NCBI GenBank assembly: GCA_963842415.1
Contig: CAWJGN010000003.1
Coordinates: 225,931-289,930, forward strand
Direction: 5' to 3'
Source of the DNA: an uncultured Acidimicrobiaceae bacterium
GTDB taxonomy: Bacteria > Actinomycetota > Acidimicrobiia > Acidimicrobiales > RAAP-2
DNA: 64,000 bases
The notes beneath the pieces are model-generated. The model saw nothing but the letters and a program-made list of their open reading frames with translations. It did not search any database and was not told the DNA's origin. Below, piece by piece: positions 49,461 to 58,687 of the stretch (position 1 is the first letter of the stretch; each line of letters starts with the position of its first letter). A program made the position numbers and the translations under genes.

Positions 49461-51155
49461 GTCACATTGCTCCGCGGACCGGGTGTCACGCCGCCCCCAG
49501 GGTCGGAAAGATCGGGTCGCCTGCGCCGTTGGAGCAGCCACAGGGCGAGCGGGACTCCGGCGATGACCAGTATGAAGACGGTGGACCACAGTGCGATCTG
49601 CGCCGGCGACCAACCCGAGAGCGCCCGGGTGGCCGCGCCCGTCAGCGCCGTCTGGCGCGGATAGACGGCCTCGGGGTTGGTGAGGGGATCGAGAGCCTTC
49701 CTCAACTTGGCCGCCTGTGCCGCAGCCGCGACGGCGCTGGTGGCGGCGGTACTGGTCGCTCCGCCACTTGACGCCGCGCCGGCTGCGGCAGCCGCGGCGT
49801 GGGCCTGTCCGGCCGCGGCGACGGCGGCCCCCGCACCGCTGAGGTCGGAGCCGCCGGGGTTGGTCGTCGAGAGAACCGTCGGACCGCCGACCGGCTGCAG
49901 CGCCCCGGTGATGTAAGGGTTCTGGCAGTTCTGGGCGGTCGGCGGAGGCGGCGTCGTCCCTCCGGGCAGTCGCCCGGCCGCCTGGAAGTCGTCCTCGACC
50001 AGGTTGGGCGGTATGGGCGAATAGCCCAGCTTGGCCATGTTGACCTGTCCGAGGCACGCGACGTACGTGATGAACTGGGACAGTTCCGCACCTTGGGCCG
50101 CGCCAAACGTGACGTTGCCCGCACTGTCACACTGGAAGCTCTGTTGCGCCGCCTGCGCCGGCACGCACTGGGCAACGAAGTAGCTATAGGCAGAGATCGG
50201 GTAGGTGGCCGGGTTCGGGTTCGTGTACACCCCACCCAGGTTCTGCGTCAGGTCCGAATACAGGATCGCCGCCGTCAGCGCCTCTGCCACGTTGTAGGAC
50301 GCGGGTTGGACCGCCACACCGGCGGCATTGACCACCGAGGCCACGGGCAAGCCGACGTTCTTGGCGTAGGCGGTCTCGACGTACGAGATGCCACCTTGAG
50401 TCTGCAGGGGTTCCTGCGAGGCGGCGTCGGCACCGTTCTCCCCCACCAAGGTGTCCAGGTTGGCCGGGACGCCATTACTGAAAGAGGCCCACGTGGCCGA
50501 CGGTGTGCCCGGAGTGGTGGGGACTGACGCCTCCTGCTGGAAGGCGGTGATCGGGCCAGGGTCGACGTGCAAGAAGTAGTCGGACAGGAGGTAGTTCTCA
50601 CCGGAAGGGTCGCTGCGGTAGAACGCGGTGATCGACTGGTTGGGCAGCGGTATGCCCGGGTTCAAGGCCTGGATGGCCGAGTCGTTCCAGTTCTTGATGG
50701 CGCCGGTGAAGATCCCGAGCAGCGTCGGACCGTTGAGAACGAGGTTCGTGATCCGTTGGCCGTTGGCGCCCTGGAGGTTGTACTCGAACGCGAGCCCACC
50801 CGCGACGTCAGGCATGTACTGGAACGGGTAGGGCACCTGAGCGGTGCTGCAGTCCGCCTGCCCGGTGGCGTAGGAGATATCAGTGGCGCCGAAATTGACC
50901 GTGTTGTTGCAAAAGTCGTTCATCCCGACGATGGAACTAGAAACCGTGAAGTTGATGTCACCGCCGTCGATTTCGTCGAATTGGCCCTCCCATTCCGAGA
51001 TCGCCACGCCGGCGAAGCTCGAACCCGTGGAGTTGAGCTGCGGGTCCGTGGCACCAGCCGGCTGGGCCTCGGACACGATCGCAGCCCGAGTAGCCGACCA
51101 CGCTGGCCACGATCACCGTGGCCAACACGCAGGCAAGGCGACGCAAGGTTGTCAT
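49457..51155 (-). CDS. PstS-family phosphate-binding-like protein with Ala-rich linker and C-terminal TM anchor, one frame disruption near 51078
   Basis: Signal peptide MTTLRRLACVLATVIVASVVGYSG. LNSTGSSFAGVAISEW, VNFGATDISY, GGISYVETAYA and YPISAYSYFV. C-terminal IALWSTVFILVIAGVPLALWLLQRRRR. ATGA overlap with pstB. Confidence 0.65.
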
Positions 51156-52036
51156 CCGAACCTCCCGTGCACGTAGTCAGCTGTCCGCGGGTCCGATGGG
51201 TTGGAGAACATGGTTTCGGTCGGGCCCCACTCGACCACGTGTCCTGGCTTTCCTTCGGCAGCGAGGAAGAAGGCGCACATGTCGGACACCCGCTGCGCCT
51301 GCTGCATGTTGTGGGTCACGATGATCACGGTGACCTCGTGGGCGATGTCCCGGATGGTCTCTTCAATGCGGTTGGTCGAGGTCGGGTCGAGCGCGGAACA
51401 CGGTTCGTCCATGAGGAGCACCCTCGGCCGCACCGCCAAGGCGCGGGCGATGCAGAGCCGCTGCTGCTGGCCACCGGAGAGCGACCCGCCCAACTCGTCC
51501 AAACGATCCTTGACCTCGTTCCACAGGCCCGCCTTCGCGAGCATCTCCTCCACGAGTTGGCGGCGCCGGGTCGCAGGCAGCTTGACCCGGGAGAACTTGA
51601 GCCCGGCGAGGACGTTCTCCTCGATCGTCATCGCCGGAAACGGGTTCGGCTTCTGGAACACCATGCCGATGTGTTTGCGGCTCTCCGTGGCGCGGGTGCC
51701 ACCGCCGTAGATGTCGACTCCGTCGAGCTCCACCCGTCCGGCCAACTGGGCACCGGGGACGAGCTCGTGCATGCGGTTGAGAATGCGGAGGTAGGTGGAC
51801 TTGCCACAACCCGAAGGGCCGATCAGCGCCGTCACCTGTGAGGGCTCCATGTTGAGCGAGACGGACTCGAGGACGAGCCTCCCACCGAACCAGGCGCAGA
51901 CGCCGTACGTCTCGAGCCGGGCCGGCTGCGGCGTCGGAGCCGCGATGGCCGGGACCTGGGCGGTGGCGGCCGCGATGGGGACCCGGGCCGTAGGAGCTTC
52001 GGCCGTTCTCGAGCGCTCGCGCGAGAAGACCTTCAT
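51152..52036 (-). CDS. pstB: phosphate ABC transporter ATP-binding protein
   Basis: ATG 52036. GPSGCGKST, LSGGQQQRLCIARAL, LLMDEPCSALD and VTHNMQQA. Confidence 0.92.
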   Translation of the reverse strand: MKVFSRERSRTAEAPTARVPIAAATAQVPAIAAPTPQPARLETYGVCAWFGGRLVLESVSLNMEPSQVTALIGPSGCGKSTYLRILNRMHELVPGAQLAGRVELDGVDIYGGGTRATESRKHIGMVFQKPNPFPAMTIEENVLAGLKFSRVKLPATRRRQLVEEMLAKAGLWNEVKDRLDELGGSLSGGQQQRLCIARALAVRPRVLLMDEPCSALDPTSTNRIEETIRDIAHEVTVIIVTHNMQQAQRVSDMCAFFLAAEGKPGHVVEWGPTETMFSNPSDPRTADYVHGRFG

Positions 52037-53289
52037 CGGCCGACCAGACTCTTCGCCCAGTGGACGGGCACCTTGATGAGCCCGCGTACCCGGCCCTTCC
52101 GGGTCGATCGCCGGCCCAGCAGCCGGGCCAGCACGAACAGGATCAGCACGAGCGCGAGGAGCACGAACGCGGCGGTGAAGGCCAGCTGCACCACCACTGC
52201 TTGCGCCGCAAAGATGTTCTCGTACAGCACCAGGGGCAGCGCGCCCTGGGGACCGTGGAACGGGTCGGCGTTCAAGGTGTTGGCCCCGAAGGCGGTGAAG
52301 ATGAGCGGGGCGGTCTCGCCCGCGGCGATCGCGACGCCGAGGATCACGGCGGTGACGAGGCCCGAGCGTGCGGTGGGGAGGACGACCTGCCGCACGGTCC
52401 GCCACTCCGAGGCCCCGAGTGCCAGTGACGCTTCACGGAGTCCTCCCGGCACGACCCGCAGCACTTCTTCCGTCGTTCTGGTGATCGACGGGAGCATCAG
52501 CACGAACAGCGCGATGGCGGCGGCGAAACCTGAGTACCCGAAGATGTGGGACTCGATGAAGATGGCATAGATGAAGACACCGGCGACGACAGAGGGAACC
52601 CCGCTCATGGCCGTCACGATGGTGCGGACGAACCTCGTTCCCCACCCTCCGACCTCGTTCAAGAAGATAGCGGTGAGAAAGGCGATAGGGACCGCCATGA
52701 CAGCCGCCAGCCCAACCTCCTCGAGCGTTCCCACGATGGCCTGGCCCACCCCGACTTCACCGAAGAGCTTGGACCCCAGGGCCGGCTGGTAGTCCTTCAT
52801 GGTTCGGGTCAGGAACCCGAAACTGAAGTGGGCGACGCCCTTGAGCACGACCCAGATAACGATGTAGAGCAACGCACCGACGACGACTGCCGCGCAGGTT
52901 CCCACCATCGTCGTCACCACGCGGTCGGTGGCAGCGGAGCGATCGACCACTTGGTTGGTCACGACCCAGAACACCGCGAGGAAGCACGCGTACCAGCAGA
53001 TCAGGAAGCCGAACGCCCCCGACAACAACGTCAGTTGATAGAACAGGACCCACACCACGGCGAAGGACGACAGCGCCGAAGCAGCCAGCAGTGCGACTCC
53101 CTGGGATCCGAAGTCACGGGTCCGGCGTGGTGGCGCGAGGGGGACCGCATGCGTCGCATCGCCAACCAGGACCGCATGGCTCAGAGTCCGGTCCGAGCGC
53201 ACAGGAAGCGTGGCCGCCGCGCCATTGCCGTTCGGTTGGAAACCGGTCGGGGAATCGAGTAGCTCGTGGACGCCGGACTCCGGCGTCAT
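52033..53289 (-). CDS. pstA: phosphate ABC transporter permease PstA (long N-terminal extension), intact
   Basis: ATG 53289 overlaps the pstC stop. LPSITRTTEEVLRVVPGGLREASLALGASEWRTVRQVVLPTARSG and AAGETAPLIFTAFG. Confidence 0.85.
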   Translation of the reverse strand: MTPESGVHELLDSPTGFQPNGNGAAATLPVRSDRTLSHAVLVGDATHAVPLAPPRRTRDFGSQGVALLAASALSSFAVVWVLFYQLTLLSGAFGFLICWYACFLAVFWVVTNQVVDRSAATDRVVTTMVGTCAAVVVGALLYIVIWVVLKGVAHFSFGFLTRTMKDYQPALGSKLFGEVGVGQAIVGTLEEVGLAAVMAVPIAFLTAIFLNEVGGWGTRFVRTIVTAMSGVPSVVAGVFIYAIFIESHIFGYSGFAAAIALFVLMLPSITRTTEEVLRVVPGGLREASLALGASEWRTVRQVVLPTARSGLVTAVILGVAIAAGETAPLIFTAFGANTLNADPFHGPQGALPLVLYENIFAAQAVVVQLAFTAAFVLLALVLILFVLARLLGRRSTRKGRVRGLIKVPVHWAKSLVGR

Positions 53290-54294
53290 ATTTCGACGCC
53301 CTTCCCACTCCGTGACCGGTTCACGACCATCGATGCGATGAGGTTCACGATCAAGGTGAAGGTGAAGAGGACGAACCCGAGCATCAAGAGATCTTGCGTC
53401 CCGAGATTGCCACCTGAGCCGAAGTACGCCGCGATGGATGCGGCTACCGTCTGCCCGCCGTGTTCGAGGATGTGCGGCGAGATCAAGGGGACGTTCCCGA
53501 GGATCACCAGGACCGCGATCGTCTCCCCCAGCGCGCGGCCGAGGCCGAGCATCGAGGCGCCGATCATGCCGCCACGTCCAAAGGGGAGGACAACGGTTCT
53601 GATCATCTGGGACTTGGTCGCACCCAATGCGTACGCCCCCTCGCGCTCGCCGGGGGGGGCCAGGCTGAAGACCTCGCGCGACACCGAGGCGACGATGGGC
53701 ACGATCATGAGGCCGACCACCAATTCCCGCGATAAAGAAAGATTCGGCGAACGGCGGCGCCGAGGCTTGGAAGATCGGGATGAAAGAGAGGTGGCGCACC
53801 ATCCACGAGGTCGTTCCGGTGATCTGGGGTTGGAACTCGTGGAGTGCCCAGAGGCCGAAGATGATGCTCGGAATGGCCGCACCCAGGTCGACCATCGCGA
53901 TGAGCGCGCGTCGAATCCGCAGGGGGGCGTACTCGGTCAGGAACAGCGCCGTGCCGATGGCCACGGGCACGCCCAAGATCACGGCGATGATGGCGATGAC
54001 GACCGTGCCGAACATCTGCGCCAGCGCTCCGAAGTGGTACGGCTTGTGGATGGTCGAAAAGCCCGAGGTCGTGAAGTACTTCCATCCCATGGCCCGAAAG
54101 GCCGGGAAACCTCGGTAGAGCAGGAAGAACCCTATGAGGAACAAGATGACGAAGGCGAAGAAGCCTGCCGTCCGTACCACTACACGAAAGATCTTGTCCT
54201 CTCGTGATCGGTCATTGGGGACCGTGATCGGACTCGGAACACCGCCCGGCTGCGGTGCCTCTGTGACCGAGTGAGCCAGGACGTCGGTAGACAC
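53286..54294 (-). CDS. pstC: phosphate ABC transporter permease PstC, one frame disruption near 53727
   Basis: LTEYAPLRIRRALIAMVDLGAAIPSIIFGLWAL. The second frame carries VVGLMIVPIVASVSREVF...EGAYALGATKSQMIRTVVLPFGRGG...GETIAVLVILG. Confidence 0.85.
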
Positions 54295-54324
54295 GGCAGG
54301 TTACCGACCTCGGGGGACTGACAG

Positions 54325-54360
54325 GTGCAGAACTGCCAAGTGCAGAACTGGGGAGTGCAC
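54325..54360. promoter_or_regulatory. direct repeats with 15-nt phasing upstream of pstC
   Basis: GTGCAGAACTG at 54325 and at 54340, then GTGCAC at 54355. They lie 30-65 nt upstream of the pstC GTG (54294). Confidence 0.3.
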
Positions 54361-54454
54361 CAAATCAAGCTAGCCGCTTGACATTACCGGACTTTGGCGT
54401 GGGGGTGAACGGAGGGTTACACCTCCGCTCACCCCCAAAACGCCCTTCGAGCAG

Positions 54455-56268
54455 CTATCCCGAGACCGTCTCCACGGTGAGGGTGGTGGAGCTCTTGACC
54501 GTCTTGTAATTCGAGTCGCCCGAGTAGACCGCCTTGATCCTGTACGGCGAGTCGCTCGTCATCAGCGCATCCGGGCCGATCTTGCACTTCCCCACGCCCT
54601 GGTTCTTCAGCGTCGTGGAAATGTTGATCACATTGTCGGTGCCGATCGAGGCAGGTGAGCTGGTCCCCGGAGGCGCCGGTGATCGTGTACGTGACCGTCC
54701 CGCTCGGCGCGCCCAGCACATTGCTAGTTGACGGCGAGTCGGCCTGAATCGCTGTCCGGATCCTCAGGGCCGTCCCTTGCTTGGCCGGGTTGCGGCTCAG
54801 AACGAGCTGCATCGAGCTGGCAACCTGGAAGACATCGATGTGCCCCACGGAGGACGAGTTCGCCGCCTGGTCCGTGTCTCCCAGGTAGGACGCCGAAACG
54901 TCGTAGAAGCCGGGATGGAGGCCCTCAGGTATCGAGATGGTGACCTTGTTCTCGCTTTTCTTGATGTCGGTCCTGGTCGGGCGTCGGAAGGTTGAGGTTC
55001 CCGCCCAGCGTGCCGGTCTGTGGGGTGCACTGGGTCTGGCTGGTCGGGCACACTGCCCACTCCAAGAGGCCGGTCGGCGCACCGGTGCCCGGCGCCACGG
55101 TCTTGACGGTGACGCTGAACGAGAACGCCTGCGAGAACACGAGCCCACCAGGGACCCCCGACAGCACCACGTTGCTGGGAGCCCGGTTGACCGGCTGGAC
55201 GAGCGAGGCGGCAACGGGAGTCCTGAAGTTGGGGTCCTGGAGCGTCGCCGTCACGGTGTAGGTCAGCGACGTCGCCTGGAGGCCCTTGGGGAAGTTGCAC
55301 ACCGCGCTCGTACCTGAGAGCGGGACGGTGTCGCCGCCTTGACACGTGACCACAGTTCCATTGGATCCGACCACAGAGAAGACGATCGACCCCATCGGCG
55401 TGCCCGCGCCGGGCGGGTTGATGCCGGTGATGGTTGCGGTGAAGGACACGGGCTGTCCCGAGTCGGGCGTCGAGCTCGCCGAACTCGCGAGCGCAATGGT
55501 GGCCACGGCTCGGTCAACTGTTTGGGTCAACGTTCCGGTGCTCTTTGCATAGTTGGTATCGCCGGAGTAGGACGCGGTCACGGCGTAGGTCGAGTTAGCG
55601 GCTAACAGGCCAGCGCCAACTGAGCACTGGGCCATGTCGCTGCTGTCGAGCGGCTGGGTGTCGCCGGCGTCGCACGCGATCGAAGCCCCTCCAGTTCCGG
55701 TGATCGAAAAGGTGACCATGCCGGTCGGCATACCTGTCGAGGGGCTGTTCGGCGCCACGACAGCTGTGAACGTGACCGGCTGGCCCGTGACGGTGGGATT
55801 CGACGCGGACGTCAGCGACGTCGTGGTCCGCCCCTTGTAGATGGCCTCGGACAGCGTCCCGGTGCTTGCGGTGTAGTTGGCGTCACCGGAGTAGACCGCC
55901 GAGACCGAGTAGGGCGAGGCGTCCGCAAACAGACCGGCACCAATAGTGCACTGTGCGCTGCTGCCCGGGCTGGCCGGCCCTAGTGCGATCGTGTCCCCGC
56001 CGCCGCAGACAGGAGTAGAGGAATCGGCTCCGGTGATGTCGAAGGTCACCGTGCCCGTCGGCGTCTGATTCAGACGAGTCACTGTGGCCGTGAAGGTGAT
56101 GGACTCGCCGGTGACAACGGGCGCCGTCGTGGCTGTGACAGTCGTGGTGGTGCTCTTGGTCGTGGCCGCCGCCGGTGACGCGACGAGCGCCAGGCTCAAC
56201 AAAGCCAAGGCCGTACCAACCGCAGCCACTCGAAGTGCAATTCTCCGCACAATCTTTCCCTTCGCCAT
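54455..56268 (-). CDS. secreted protein with five bacterial Ig-like repeats, frame disruptions near 54975 and 54652
   Basis: ATG 56268 is preceded by AGGGAGG. Signal peptide RIALRVAAVGTALALLSLALVASPAAA. Roughly 105-aa repeats of the type SxNPxxxGQPVTFTAxV...GxPTGxVTF...C...YxVxAxYSGDxNYxxS. Confidence 0.7.
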
Positions 56269-56369
56269 GGAAACCTCCCTCACGATCATTGTTGATCACG
56301 CCCGCGACGGCGCGCGGACACTTCGCCTACTTCGCCGATTGGCGAACCGCCTGATTCGCTTGCTCTTCC

Positions 56370-56412
56370 GCCAGATTTGTTATTCGCCAAACTGCCAGAT
56401 TCGATATTCGCC
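56370..56412. repeat. two 19-nt direct repeats (17/19 identical) upstream of the Ig-like gene
   Basis: GCCAGATTTGTTATTCGCC (56370-56388) and GCCAGATTCGATATTCGCC (56394-56412), about 100-145 nt upstream of ATG 56268. Confidence 0.6.
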
Positions 56413-57034
56413 TGACTGGCTTGCGCCAGCCGGATACCACTATGTAGCGCCGCGCTGAACGCCGGACAGGGTTTATTGCGAGTTCACAAACATTTAAGTT
56501 TTAGTTCATGAGGATTTCGCGTGAGCCCCGCTGGCGTCCACCCGCCATTGCTAGCGCACGGAGAACCTCGTGGCAAGCGCCACCCACTCACTCCGTTGCA
56601 GCCCAGGTGGCGTCCCCGCACCTGGGGTCCGCCCTCCCGATGAGGCCAGTGCCGGCGTCGGACACGGCCACCGACCCAATCAGCAGCTGTGACTCGCTCA
56701 CCGTCGCGCAGGCGCGGTTGACGGTGCTCCCCAGTAGGCCGGCTGGTGCCTTCCCTCTGGTCGGCTGCCAGGTCGGTGCGGTCGAACAGGACGCGTTCGA
56801 CGATGACCCAGGTAGCCAGCATCGCGTTGGCCGAACACTCGGATGCGATGGTGACCTGGAGGACCACGCAATTGTGTGCCCGAGCCGCGGCGCCAGGTGA
56901 CGAGGAGCACACTGCGGCCAGGAGGCGTCACAGCCGCACGTGCCGACCAATAACCGCAGCGTCCCCCGGAAAAGCAGTGTGTCCGGCGCAGGCTATCGTG
57001 AGTTTGTTCGCACGGGACGTCGTGTCAAGAGGCC

Positions 57035-57719
57035 ATGATCGAAGGTTACGGTATGCCCCCCGCGCAGGGCACGGTGAGGGTGGCGACGAGGCGCGACGTG
57101 CCTGCAGTCGCAGCGCTGCACGGAGTCGCGATCGGTGAGGGTTTTCTGTCTACTCTCGGCGACCGGTTTCTGTCCCGCCTCTATTCGCGCATCGTCGCGT
57201 CGTCCCACGGATTCCTCCTCGTGGCAGACAGTCCCGAGCTGTCGGTGGGACAGAAGTCGGGTCTCGCGGGCTTCGTCGCCGGTTCCGCTGAAGTCGGTCG
57301 GCTCTACCGCGAGTTCCTGGTGCGAGATGGGCTCTCTGTCGCGGTGTCCTCGACTACGAGACTGCTGCGATCGTTGCCTCGGGTGATCGAGACCCTCCGC
57401 TACGGGGCAACCGACGAGCCTGCTGGAGACGGACCATCCTCAACCGCTGGAGCACAGGGTCCCGAGACGGAGTTGCTGGCCCTCGCAGTGGATGGTGCCG
57501 AACGCCGACGTGGTGTCGGGACTGACCTCGTGGAGGCCTTCTTGCGAACCGCCACGCGCCACGGGGTCGTCTTCCGCCCGCGTCGTCGTCGGTGGGGAGA
57601 ACCACAGCGCGATCGCGCTGTACAGCCGCGCCGGCTTCAGCGAATCCACCCGACTCGAACTGCACTCCGGAACCGAGTCGCTCCTCATGCGGGTCGGTCT
57701 GCACCGCGCACTGCAGTGA
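57035..57719 (+). CDS. GNAT family N-acetyltransferase, one frame disruption near 57572
   Basis: VRVATRRDVPAVAALH and LALAVDGAERRRGVGTDLV. The second frame carries ARVVVGGENHSAIALYSRAGF and ends at TGA 57717-57719. Confidence 0.62.
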
Positions 57720-57734
57720 CGGAGAACCTCGCGC

Positions 57735-58687
57735 GTGGCCGCCGGCGCGTTCGTCATCTCGATACTCGCGACCCCGTTGGCGGCGCGGTTCGCCGTACGG
57801 GTGCAGCTGGTGGATCGGCCCGGGGCTTTGAAACCTCAAGCCCACGCCACGCCCTATCTGGGCGGTGTCGGGCTCGGTTGTGGCGCCGCAGTGGGCGCGG
57901 CCGTGCTCGACCCCTGGCTGTTGGTGCCGTTGGGAATGGCGTTGGCACTGGGCACCGCAGACGATGTCCGACCACTGGCCCCCTTCACCCGGGTGCTGGG
58001 GACATTGGCGACCGGTCTGGTCCTTGCCGCGGTCATCTCGACGCGTTTCGGTGATGCCGGGTTCCTCCTCGTGCCCGTGGCATCCATTGCCCTCGTCAAC
58101 GGTTTCAACCTGCTCGACGGGCTGGACGCGCTCTGCGGCTCGGTGACCCTCATCGGAGCCGCAGGCTTCGCTTTCCTCTTGAGCGGAGACGCCCGCGGCT
58201 TCGCTCTGGCGCTGGCCGCCGCCGCCGCCGCGTTCTTGTTCTTCAACCGGCCGCCCGCCAAGGTGTACCTCGGAGACGGCGGCGCCTACTTCGTGGGCAT
58301 CTCCATGACCGCGCTGCTCGCGACCGCTTGGGCTCCTGGAGAAGGTCGAACGACGGGAGTCGGGGCTCTTGCGCTCGTGGCTCTTCCCCTCGTCGAGGTC
58401 GCCCTGGCACTGTTCAGGCGAGTGGCGCTCCGGCCGCTCGCTTCTCTCTGGTGATCGCGATCATCCCTACGACGTCTTGGTCCGGTCGGGGTGGAGCATC
58501 CCTCGGACGGTCGCCGCCTACGCCCTGGCCGAACTCGTCGCCCTCGCTCTGGCAGTTCTGGCCTCACATCTGAGAGTCCAGCTGGCGTGGGCGGTCGTGG
58601 GCGTCACGGCAGCTCGGCCTTCTTGCTGCCGGCCTCGGGGCAGGAGGATCTCCGTGTTCGAAATCGATCGACAAGCTCTCGACGTGA
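57735..58687 (+). CDS. WecA/MraY-family polyprenyl-phosphate sugar-1-phosphate transferase, two frame disruptions near 58425 and 58610
   Basis: VDRPGALKPQAHATPYLGGVG, VNGFNLLDGLDAL and LGDGGAYFVG. Then GDRDHPYDVLVRSGWS. The last frame ends in a TGA overlapping the next GTG (GTGA at 58684-58687). Confidence 0.7.

Noticed and set aside
49480-49620. C-terminus of the PstS-like protein (QTALTGAA...TM...QRRRR) as a genuine sortase sorting signal.
   Set aside because: The motif is TALTG, not LAxTG/LPxTG. It lies about 15 residues before the TM helix, and about 20 residues follow the basic patch. The adjacent sortase homolog also lacks His and Cys. It is kept only as speculation inside the pseudo-sortase finding.
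52033-54294. Single 753-aa ORF that would be one giant Pst permease.
   Set aside because: It is pstC read through a frameshift into out-of-frame sequence and then into pstA. The true pstC C-terminus is in ORF 53286..53882, and pstA has its own ATG at 53289 overlapping the pstC stop.
54455-56268. Periodic repeats that might suggest a CRISPR array or tandem DNA repeat.
   Set aside because: The periodicity is at protein-domain level (about 315 nt, Ig-like repeats) with divergent DNA. There is no short identical repeat/spacer structure and there are no cas genes anywhere in the window.
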